64,000 nt of DNA. Origin: Marsupella aquatica (taxonomy: Eukaryota; Plantae; Marchantiophyta). Every line of letters begins with the position of its first letter. Within the stretch, counting starts at the first letter, position 1. The notes under the pieces were generated by a model, which saw nothing but the letters and a program-made list of their open reading frames with translations, was not told the DNA's origin and searched no databases. Positions 48,044 to 59,221 of the stretch are shown here, one piece after another. The stretch covers positions 6,063,079 through 6,127,078 of the forward strand of contig OZ316898.1 in assembly GCA_973895155.1 (NCBI GenBank), in the 5' to 3' direction. The position numbers and the translations under genes are program-made.

Positions 48044-49059
48044 TAAGGGGAAATTTAGAAATTTTGTTCAAACTTGGGATGACATAGTAAAAAATGTAAA
48101 GCAGTAAAACTGGTCATTTAGGGGAAACCAGTACCATAGGCTTGACAATTTCAGCTCTCAAGCTGAAACAATTTGAAACATGAGGTATGGTTCTCCAATG
48201 TATAGAGTACTTGAACATAAACATGGGTATCATTAGCTCCACCAAAAACAAATGAGAAATTGGTGGAAAGAGATTATGATGTTTTACCATCCTGTAGTAA
48301 TCAAGGTCTGGAAAGGACTAAACAGGCCATAATATTAGCTCAATACTTGTGCGTTGCACAAAATATGTTAGTGTGTAGAAAAGTTTTAGAATTACACAAG
48401 AAGGAGCTCTTAAGGGTAGAAATACCTATTCATCTCAAATGAGGAGTATTTAAACAATGTCTGGTGTTGTATCTAAGTCCTGGTGTTCTCATGTAATCAC
48501 TAACCTATACAAATAATGAATTCTTCAAATTTGTTTGTGAAGTTGCAACCAATTAGTAATCATTTATGCTCCCATTAGCTCAATGCCCATAAGTTGCACA
48601 CAAATGTAGCAGTGAGGTAAAAAAGTGTAGACCATGGGAAAAAATGTAGTTGGTTTTGTGCCAATTGTTTCATGTATGCAATCATGTTATAGTTGTGCAA
48701 TATCCTCGTTTTGACTGGATGGTTATTGTTACAAAAGTGTTGTAAGTTATTCTGGTCCTTGGTGCACTGCCTCTATTCTCTGTCTTGCTGAGGGTGGTCA
48801 AAGTCACCTTGAGGGAGACCAGGCAGTCCAACCACAGAACTAGCTGCAATGAGAGCCATTGGATGTGAGGGAACTAACCAAGAATTTTCTTAACCCACAA
48901 ATGAAAACAGTTGCCTTATGATAAATAAATAAATCAGTTCGACAAGTTATGTATTATGCCAAAAATGAGTGGAAATCTAGTAAATCTTAGTTTTGTGACA
49001 CTCCAAAGATTTGAAATAAGGAGAAGTGAATATTGAGTAATTATTGTCCTTTGGACATT

Positions 49060-50526
49060 TTTATTTATTTATTAAATTTTAAATTTTATTCCGCGTGAAC
49101 CCCACGGATGGGGGAACCAGGCAGGCCAAAAGGCGGCAGGCCATCCAGGGCGGAAAGAAAAACAAAGCAATTCCGTAGCAACAACAGAACAGTATACTAG
49201 CCTAGGGATTCTCATCTGAGTAACATAGCAACATAGCTTAGTGTTCAGACCAGATACTTCACAGAGTGGGATTCTACCGTGCTTAGATTATCCTAGTACA
49301 TTCCCTTTTACTATGAAGAAATCTCTGTCCAAAATTATACTATCAAACATAGAACAATTCCTAGTTAACCATCTCATATGCTGCATCTCCAAAAGGAAAC
49401 ACTAGTCAGTGAGTTACAGTGCGACGTACACCACTCCGGAGAATCCTGTTCTGTTCAATAGTTAAGATCAAGATAGCTTGAGTAAGTCGTCTGTGCTTCT
49501 TTCCCTGGACTGTGGACGCAGCTACTGCGGTCAGGTGATCAAGGGTCTCAGAGAAGATCAACAGTTGATCGAAAACCCTCAACTTGGACCGATCAAAGGT
49601 CTGAGAGTTCCGCGCAAGCCATAAGCTCCATAGAGATTGATACAATAGGAAAAGACGCAGTGTAGTCAGAGGTTCCTTCCTCGTAGTGGAGTGAAGCAAT
49701 CCAACGATAGACAAAGGGCCTAGGTCTACAGCACCAAGCAGCCAGCATCTGATCACCCTCCAACAGCAGAGCGCATGTCTGCAGTAAAGGAAAATGTGAG
49801 GGATAGTTTCCACAGTGTCCACACAAAGAGTACAAGTTCCATCTGATTTAGACATCCTCAATGCCCTGGAACCTGAGAAAAGCCCTTGTGCCAGTATTCT
49901 CCATACAAAAGTTTTTGCCTTAGTAGAGAGATCAGCCGTCCACACCACTGTCCAAACTCTACACCAGGCAGCCTCAGTCAGGGTTTCATTCCAGATCCGG
50001 TTGAGCCGGCAGAAATCAGAACCCTTGGGGCGGAGCATTTCATACACCCGACTGTTAGATAGCTTAAAGCAATGGGGAGCAGTGTCCTTATCTAACCATC
50101 TCCATTGCCTAGCCATTGAGTCAAATGCACGTCCTCGGAACACAAAAAGGTGAATTTCCCGGAAAAAGGCAAGTGTCCCTTGCTTCGCCTCCCAGGGAAA
50201 TCCCCTGAACCGTAAGACGAGATCAGTCAAGGATTTCCAGTCACCTTCTGCTTGTGACCATAGATCCGCAACAGTGCGGGCTCCTAGATGACCACAGATC
50301 TTAACTATCGCAAGTATGTTGGACTCAGGGAGATCATAGAAGCCAATCATGCTACGTAGCAGATCCTCCATACCCCAGATCTTGTCCGACATCGAATATC
50401 TATTCCTGCGGATCGTCTTGTAGTTCCTCCATTTTATTAGAGTAAGGTTCTCAGCATACAGAGAAGCCCATTCAGATGACGGGTGGTCAAGAGCTTCAGT
50501 GAACCATTTGCTCAGAAGAGCATCCG
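49060..50526 (-). mobile_element. 5'-truncated L1-clade LINE (ORF2 C-terminus with zf-RVT, 3' UTR, A-rich tail) with 15-bp TSD
   Basis: LLSKW upstream, then KAKTFVWRILAQGLFSG...CTLCVDTVETIPHIFLYCRHA (zf-RVT) and LWSLWLARNSQTF. A-rich tail at ~49060-49090 on the - strand. Flanks are TGTCCTTTGGACATT (49045-49059) and TGTCCTTCGGACATT (50527-50541). Confidence 0.92.
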
Positions 50527-50917
50527 TGTCCTTCGGACATTAAGCTACTTTGTAACAACTTAGAGACAAGGAGAGAATCTAAAGTTTGTTGTGATCCTGG
50601 AATAGTTACTTATGTTGAAATCCAAAATAAATGTACACCAAGGTCATAGGCCATTGCTCCTGCTTCAGATAAAGTTCTCGGCTAAGCCATGATACAAGAA
50701 TGATGAAATTTGGAGGGTCTTGTGTTTTCATAGAGTTATCCAGAGTTACCATGGTACTGGAGTAGTATTTGCTTCCTTACAGCAGAAATAAGGACATGGC
50801 ACACAAACTAATTCTCTCATCTATTTGTCAAGCATGCTACATTGTGTGTTGCAAGGTGTTTCAGAACAAAGAGACTCTTGACATTTCATAGGGCCTGTTG
50901 TCTAAAGATCGCACGTG

Positions 50918-51017
50918 AAAACAACAATAGTCATTTTTACATGGGTAAGAGATGAAGGCATTGTAACGTAAAACAACAATAGTCATTTTGGTAAGAGATG
51001 AAGGCATTGTAATGTAA
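50918..51017. repeat. Short tandem duplication (~50 bp)
   Basis: AAAACAACAATAGTCATTTT...GGTAAGAGATGAAGGCATTGTAA occurs twice. Confidence 0.75.
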
Positions 51018-51318
51018 GGCCAAGTCTAGTTTTGAGACCTTAGTAGATTCCACTACCTTTTAAAGACCCTTTTCAGGAATTCTGATTTGCGCCAACTGCA
51101 TCATGTTATCAGCTTTAGCTCTGATCATTAGTAGAGATTTCAGTAAACTCTAGATTTTGTCATGACTTCACTCCAGCTTGAGAAATATGAGTTTTCTTAA
51201 AATCCCAATGAGCCCACCAGAGTGTGCAAAGTCAGAGTAAGAGACAACCTCGCAATGCAAATTGCAAGCTGGCAAAGACATGTGACTTCTGTCACATGCA
51301 AAAACAGCTGTGAATTTT

Positions 51319-51411
51319 TAGTGGGTTAATGTGACAATATCTCTACCAATACTGGAAAAACTCCCAGTATGGTTTAGGGTTTAGTGGAGATATTGTCACA
51401 TAAACCCACTA
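51319..51411. repeat. 93-bp near-perfect hairpin bounded by TA (tiny MITE or hairpin RNA)
   Basis: TAGTGGGTTAATGTGACAATATCTCTAC pairs with GTGGAGATATTGTCACATAAACCCACTA over 28 bp with 2 DNA mismatches. Confidence 0.75.
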
Positions 51412-52184
51412 TAAAGCCTCCATAAACCATACTCACCGTCAAAACAAGCCCAAGACCAAAACCTCTCATTTAGTAACAATAAGAGGTGAGTCCATACACA
51501 TTCACAGCAAGGAGCTAGCTTTGATTTCACAATCTATATCATCCTCCTCCCAATTCCTTTATTCCTCAGCAGGAATTCAAGGTTTGAGGTGGAGTTTCAT
51601 AGCCAGTTGACAAAGTGAGGGAAGCTTCCCTAAACACTCAACCCTAAACTGATAAGTCTACAATAGGTGAAAGACACACATGAGTGCTTTCCTTTCATAC
51701 CTCACTTCTCTGGCCATTTTCCATGGAGAGAACTTTGGATATGGCCATCGCCTACCTCCTCTCACGGTTGGATTAGGAGGACCACCAAGCATTGAAGGCA
51801 GCAGCAGCTGAGCGAATTGGCTGGGGTTTGTCAATCAATCACATTAACTTTTATGACTGTAGCGAACCAACCCTGATGCCAACCAATTGGGGATTGGCAT
51901 ACTGGATTCTATCTTCCGATTGCAGTGTGATAAGTGCTGCATTGAGAGGTCGGGGTTGCTCTCTCCTTTGACCGAAATCCTTTTCCCTGTTTGTGGTCTC
52001 GCTCTCTGTTCTGTAGCGCCCTTCAACTTTTCAAAAGAGCTGCTTGTATTATTTGTCGTTGGGAACTTTGGGTTGTCATCTGAACTCTACTTTATCAAAG
52101 TCTCATGAGTGTGGTTGGGATTGTTATCAGAGTCTTGTCTTTCCCGTCTCTCTCGGAAAATCCTTTACAGTAAGTTTTAGGGCT

Positions 52185-52517
52185 TCTCATTATGATTTGG
52201 CGTTGCTGCTCCTTTTTCTTCGGGGTGTGCCCTAGGTTTTCCCGGTAGAAACTCTGGCTTCATGTCTGATTTGCACATGAACTACAAAGTGGTGCAGAAC
52301 AAGTCGATTGGAGTTACCTCAGCTGTGGGTCTCCAACCTCTGTAATTAGCGGTTCTACTTATGATTTGGTTTTGCTGCGCCTTTCTTTTCGGGGTGTGCC
52401 CTAGGTTTTCCCGGTCGAAACTCTGACTTCCATGTCTGATCTGGCCAATTGCAATGAACTACATAGTTGCACAAAACGAGTCCACTGGGGTTACCTCGGC
52501 TGTGGTTCTCCAACCTC
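52185..52517. repeat. ~170-bp tandem duplication
   Basis: TTATGATTTGG...TTCGGGGTGTGCCCTAGGTTTTCCCGGT.GAAACTCTG...CATGTCTGAT...GTTACCTC.GCTGTGG.TCTCCAACCT occurs twice. Confidence 0.85.
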
Positions 52518-53053
52518 GACACTTACCAATGTGGAATCGTGTATATTTTTTTCTTAGCAAATTTGGGCCTTACTGAACACGTCGTAGATAACTTTGTCAA
52601 GATGTTGAGGACTCTCTGTAATATTCCAAAAACAAATTAGACGCACTTGTTAAAGTAAATTTTCACGCACTTATCAGTCTTCTTGTCTGTGTTTGTTTTG
52701 CTCCTTTTTCAATAAAGTGATGTCTCTTCTCTTCAAAAATAAAATGGAGGTACGAGAAGATGATTGGAATACCAATGAACACATCTAGACTTATCTGGTC
52801 ATGGATGAAACAGCCACATAATGCAAGTATTGATAAAAGGGCCCTTCCATTGGAGGACGAAAGAAATTCACAACATGTACTGAGGGAGGTCTATCTTGTC
52901 AACCTTCTTTCTGCATGGGAGCAGGAGCAGGTCTGGAACTAGGGTAGCTCCTAATCAGTGGGGTCGGTAACGCTTCCAGAGTCCATCACAACCGCAGTCA
53001 AAGCGCCAGAATTTAACTAACGACGAATCGTCAATGGTTTCGAGTTTGTCGGT

Positions 53054-53290
53054 TGGAGCAGACAGAAAGCACTCATTCAAGTAGGACATTTTGTAGCTTA
53101 GGGGGATGGAATTGCACCATCACCAGAATGAGACGCTCGCCCAGCAATCTGTGGCTCCAAGCCCAAGGGATGGAGCAGACAAAAAGCACTCACTCAAGTA
53201 GAACAGTTTGTAGCTTAGGGGGATGGAATTGCACCATCACCAGAATGAGACGCTCGGCCCAGCAATCTATGGCTCCAACCCCAAGGGATC
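53054..53290. repeat. ~117-bp tandem duplication
   Basis: TGGAGCAGACA.AAAGCACTCA.TCAAGTAG...GCTCCAA.CCCAAGGGAT occurs twice, and is visible as the repeated peptide in ORF 53053-53439. Confidence 0.9.
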
Positions 53291-53883
53291 TCGAGAGAAT
53301 CCATGACTGTAAAAGGGTTGGTCAAATTTCGTATGCTAAGAAGTTAGTAGTGACAATGCAAGCGGATTCTGTGACTGTCTTGTTCAGCAGCAGTACGAGG
53401 AGGGGGGGCCACCAAGTCACCAAGCCAAATCCAAGATGATCAACAAAGCTCTAAAATACTCACAAGTCAATGCTGCTCCAAACCCCTCCACAACTTTCAT
53501 ATTGATTCGCTTTCCACATGAACTCCCGAGCACTGTATTCTAGCCTAGCCTCTCCTTTTGCCTCGAACAAATTTTAGGAATTGCAGCCCTTAAAACAAGA
53601 GTGGCCACAAACAGTGTACAGTTCAGGACTATTGTTTGGGACAGCCCAGTCTCTACTCTGGTTTACGAGAATGATACCAAACGAAAGGATAAAACCTACT
53701 TAATAAAAGAAACTCCAAACAAAGCACAAACAAAATACGTTGTAGCACAGGTGCTTGTAGTAATATTGGAATTTATATGAAAAATACAAAAAAAACTCTA
53801 AATGTAAAATGTGGTAATTTAAGAAGTTATATGAAAAATGCAAAATATTAGGTTGAGAGTATCCCTGACTACAAGCCAGTTTG

Positions 53884-55048
53884 GGGTAGCCCACAACACA
53901 TTGAAACTTTGTCTGAGGCCAAGAAAATCAGACAACAAAATTTAAAAACTGTAGGTTTACCTTGAGTCTTCTTTTCAAAAAGGTTTAACTGGGAAACCGC
54001 CCAAAGGGCAAGTTGCAAAATTGCGTGTCTAATCTACAATATGTTAATGCTCCCCCATTTTCCTGGGGTCCCATACACTGCCCGTCCCAGTCCCCAATGA
54101 TGCTGCTGGTCCGGCTCGAGTTTGCCAAAACATAAACCAAGACTCTACCATTTTATCACCTACTCCGGCCCAATCAGCTTTATGTCATCAACTTCAGGTT
54201 TATGATCTGGCACCCTTCACTACTTTTTGCTTGCTCCAGCCCAGGTCCTTGATGCTGCTGCCTGCTCCGGCCCAAGTTTACCATAACTTAAACCAAGACT
54301 CTCTCATTAATCATGACTCATATATCCAAAGTACTAGGCTTTGCCTGAACACTTAGACTCTATTACTAAATAGGCATGACTCCATTGGAAAGAAGTGTTG
54401 TCAAAACATAAACCACTACTCCATAGAGAAAGAGCATTTGGCAGAACATTAACAAAGACTCTATCAATCAATCATGACTCTTAACCAAAGTACTAGGCTC
54501 TGCAACACTTAGACTATGTTACAAAGCAGGCATGACTCCATTGGAAAGAAGTGTTGCTAGACATAAATCACGACCCCAAAGAGAAGAAGCATTGGCAAAA
54601 CATCAACCAGGACTCTATCAATCGTTACTTCTCACCAAAGTTAGACACTTAGACTATGTTACAAAGCAAGCATAACTGCTTATAAAGAAGTGTTGCCAGA
54701 ACATAAACACCGACTCCAAAAGGAAGAAGTCGAGGGCACAAAGTTGTTTGGGCCAGAGTCAGTGGCAAAATGGTAGAGTTTTGGTTTATGTTTTGGCAAA
54801 CTCGGGCCGGAACAGGCAGCAGCATTGGGGGCTGAGACGGGCAATATACGGGGCCCCAGGAAAATGGGGAGGATTAATGCATTGTAGATTTAACGCACGG
54901 TTGTGCAGCTTGCTCTTTGGGCAGTTTCCCGTTAAACTTTTTTGAAATTGAAGGAATTTGTCAAAAGGAGACTCCAAGCAAACCTACAGTTTTTAAAAAA
55001 TTTGTTGTCTGATTTACAAAGTGTCAATGAATGTGTTGTGGGCTACCC
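53884..55048. mobile_element. Foldback / long-TIR non-autonomous element with internal tandem repeats
   Basis: Inverted arms of ~290 bp (GGGTAGCCCACAACACATT...CCGGCCC and GGGCC...AATGTGTTGTGGGCTACCC) surround ~3 degenerate ~150-bp units (ACACTTAGACT...AAAGAAGTGTTG..AACATAAA). Confidence 0.85.
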
Positions 55049-55562
55049 ACCCTAAACCCATTGTCCCTTTGACTGTTTAAAACACACTCATGCCACAATA
55101 ATCCTCTCTCCAGATAGAAGAAAAAGTCATATTGTTTCATGGCCGACCATAGAAGGATTGCATACTCGAGCTCACTCTGAAAATCCTGCGAATTGGTAAT
55201 TGGGATTTTCTAATGTTTTATTGAATGTACTCTAAACACCTATAGTTGACGACCCTTCAAAGACTTGAAAAGTCTTTAGGCTGATTCCCCTCTCGAATAA
55301 TATGACTGGAAAGTCAATGAAAGTGTAAGGGGTACAACATCAGGAAAGTGAGTGGGTTTTGCAATCCCCCCAATCTAGCAATAATTGTTCCAAGCGATCT
55401 TTCTAACTCCCAACTGAGAGGATCCCAACCGTGTATTTGTGGACTTCCACCTTTTACAAGAGGGCTAGCAAATTGTACAAGGCTTTCTTCACTTTCATTT
55501 TTTTAAATGTTCATCTGGCACCTTATCCCACCGTAGTCATCTTGGGTTAATAGATTGACAAC

Positions 55563-55898
55563 CACATACATCCCCCAACCCATACTCACTTTGAGTCAAA
55601 CCACAGGCTGCACAACAACACTATATATCACATACATCCCCCAGCCCATACTCACTTTGAGTCAAACCACAGGCTGCACAACAACACTATATATATCATA
55701 TACGTCCCCCAGCCCATACTCACTTTGAGTCAAACCACAGGCCGCACAACAACACTATATATCACATACGTCCCCCAACCCATACTCACTTGGAGTCAAA
55801 CCACAGGCTGCACAACAACACTATATATCACATACATCCCCCAACCCATACTCACTTTGAGTCAAACCACACGCTGCACAACAACACTATATATCACA
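55563..55898. repeat. 66-bp minisatellite, ~5 copies
   Basis: Unit CACATACATCCCCCAACCCATACTCACTTTGAGTCAAACCACAGGCTGCACAACAACACTATATAT in near-identical copies. Confidence 0.95.
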
Positions 55899-58800
55899 CT
55901 GCCTAAGACAAAGTGACCCCAACTTGGGGACAATGTCCCAAAGGCAAGAAACCCAATGAAGGAAACAACATTAATCACCTGTATATTAAGGGCATTCTTG
56001 CAGATACATGCTCTACCCTACAACATGCAGCCCCTCTAATTGTCATCAGCAGCCCCTCTCAATCGTCATCAGCAGCCATGCGCCTCACAAGGTCAGTCAA
56101 CTAGTGACGTGCATCACCATGAACGTAATCTACCAACTTGCTCACCACATCATACCCTGCAACCCTCGAAATCACTGACAAGGCAACAAAACAAAACAAC
56201 ATTAAGAATGCAATGAAAGGCTGTGGTCTATGAACGCAAATTGTAAGTCTAGTAGAAAGCTAGAATTCGTTTCTAGGGTATCTTCACTCTGCTTGACCTT
56301 TGTGTCGTGATATTGGCGTACATTGTCACTCCTGTGTGCGAAACCCTTACATCACTCTAACCTTGTGGGATGATGGGATCTAGTGATGACTTTTCAACAT
56401 GACTGTACGAAGTTGCCGTATACAATTGAAGACAATGATGCTGGCGAATTGGAATGGAGGAGAAAGCACGGCAGAGCATATACCTCAGTAGCCAGTACCT
56501 CACCGAAATAGGGTTACGATTCACGACGAGTAGGGTTCTCTGCCTCGTTGTAACAGTACTACTACTGTAGACTTCTCGCTAAACCGGTTCTAAACGCTAC
56601 GAGGTTATGATGAATAGGTGATCGTAAGCTCAGTCGGGACTCGGGACAGTCTGTCTGCACTCGCGCTGCTGCTGCAGATCCGATGATTGCAGCGACACTG
56701 TTGACGAATGCTCTGATCCGTTTCTTCCCGAAGTCTCCGCATTCCGCAAGGTGGACAAGCCTTTGGCACAAGACGCCATACCTCCCGTCCACTTCGGCGA
56801 TTCGTTCACAGGCTGCTCCGCCATGGTGCCAAATTCGCAACGCACTTGCTTCGTCGCCTCTCGTCTAAGCAACGCTGTTGGCGAATTTTGGCCAAATTCT
56901 TTATCCAAGATTTACGCTGGCTACCAATCAAAGGAAAAACAATAAAATTTCTTGGACAATTTAGTCACCTTCCTTACTCCTCTAAGACTATGGCCTCCAA
57001 ATCCAACGGTATTCCTTCAATCTGGAGGTATCCAACTGTGCAGATTAAGTGTGCCAAGTACCCTAGAATACCTACCACTAGCATTTGTTTTAGAGGTAAA
57101 CATTTGTCAAATTCCAGCTCACTGAAATGTCTTCGTCACTTTTGGCAAAAATATGTTGTAGTTTGTCTTTGATTAGCCAATTTTTCACTCCTAGCCACAG
57201 ACCCCATTAGCCAAAAATAATGGTTATCCTGAGATATAGGCAGATCTAACAATCAAAACTCAATGTAAGAAAATTAGACAAGGAATACTCCTAGCATCTG
57301 CTCCTTCATACAAGGTGACATGTGCCACTTGGACAAAACAGAAGAACCTTGAAACTTGCCTTGCCTCTCACTATCGTAAGTGACTCACTACTCAACCCTA
57401 TTTTGGACCCGCACTAAAAGAAACACCATGAGAAATCAATAATCAGTCAGGTGAAAGGTGTTGAGAATTCCAGCAACATCACACACAAGAAACCAGCAAG
57501 CATGCATGCATAGACAACATAGATACATGATTTGCCTTGGTTAGGGCTAAGTCCACCTGAATGCAGGTCCTTTGCTAAGATTAGGCCACCACAGTCACAC
57601 CAAGCCTCCAAGTACAAGCTCTGAGATTGCTAACCTAGCTCCTAGCTTGCTACCCCACAAATGAGCATGTCCCCCCCCCCCTGGATATGCTAGGCACTCT
57701 GGTCACATCTAATCATCATTAAGTCCCTAATGCCAATTACACTAACAGAGGTTAACCCAAGATTGAGAGTTAATCCTAACATGGGGATGATTCCAGAGGT
57801 AGCCGGTATGGCTAATAGATGTTGCTCCTCTTGAAGACAGGCAGCCCCACAGACAGCAAAATTAATGGGTTATTCACCCGGTTATTTATCTACACCCCAT
57901 ATCCTTATTTCTTTATTAATTGAGGAAACTCAGGGCTGACCCTTGCAATGACCAGGTAGCTCTTCTCTGGTTCCACATGCACACCCTCACCCTTATCTGT
58001 ATGCATTCAAGCCTATTTTGCGTTTTGACCAGCAGATATTCTTTTATTCAAATACAGTTGCCACTCTTTAAGTGCACAATCTCAGGAAGACAGATCCAAT
58101 GTGCACTAAACTGGGTTTTGCACTACTTCATAAGTGCAAAACCCTAAAATTTAGTGACAAGTGTGCATGATTTATTCCTGAGCAGTTGTGACTCATAACA
58201 CAAATTGTACATCCCTGCAGTAAATTTGGTCTCTCATTCCATAAATTGCATTTTTTATTCTATAAAAAAGGGCATGCACATATCATTAAATGCAATTTGA
58301 TGCGATTGTGTGAATACCAATAATTAAAAATTTACACTTATCAAAGGTTTGCACTTGTAAAGTTTCCATTTACCTAGAATATTGCTGGCCTTTTTGCACT
58401 TAAAAAGGTGCAAAAAGTGCAATCTCCATGTACAATAAAGGAAAGAACAGGATTCCTTGCATTTATCAGGATTTGCACTTCTGGGCTTTGTACTTAGACA
58501 GACGTACTGTACAAGTTTGGCCAAGTCGGCAGCCAGAAGAGTAGCTGAGAGTTTTATTTTAAGATTTCAGTGGACAATAGCCCATTTTGCAAAATCAATG
58601 CTTCAGATCAACCTGTACAAAGTCGGCTCACTGGATTGTGCGAATCTTAAGCCACTAGATTTACCGTTCGCACCACTTCCTTGAAACACCGAAGATATAC
58701 CATGGGGACCAGTGTTGTTTTATAGTTGTGAATTTTTGGCACTTTCTTATCCAAGATTTGGCGGGCCACTAGTACAAAGGGCAAAAGGGTAATCTACTTT

Positions 58801-59221
58801 TCCTATCTTAATTCTACTTTGCTATAAAGACCTAGCTTGCAAGATCCAATGCGCTCCTCAATATTCGGCTCTTTGCTCAACACTCAAATCCAGAATTTCA
58901 ATTATTTTCCTTGATTTTTTATTTGTCCTTTTTCCCTGGTGAGGCCTGATTTCCCGCCTTGGTCTCCTTCCACTTCTACGTCAAACCCACACATCTTCTA
59001 GTGCACTGCATCATGGGCCCTTATTATATCTTGGTTTGGGTGCGGGGAAGGAAAGAATACTTGGCTTGTTAGTTTGATGACATTTCCTTCTTCCACTATT
59101 ATTTATTATTTTTTAAAAATTATTGGTGTTTACCTAATTATTTAATCTTACTTGTGTCAAGCGGGCTGCACGTGGGGGTTTTATTGCTTTTACAGTAGCT
59201 CAATCAGATTTCTCTATTGCT

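Noticed and set aside
55563-55916. CRISPR-like array or repeat protein (ORF 55725-55916)
   Set aside because: Units are contiguous with no unique spacers, there are no cas genes and the context is eukaryotic. The ORF merely reflects a 66-bp unit.
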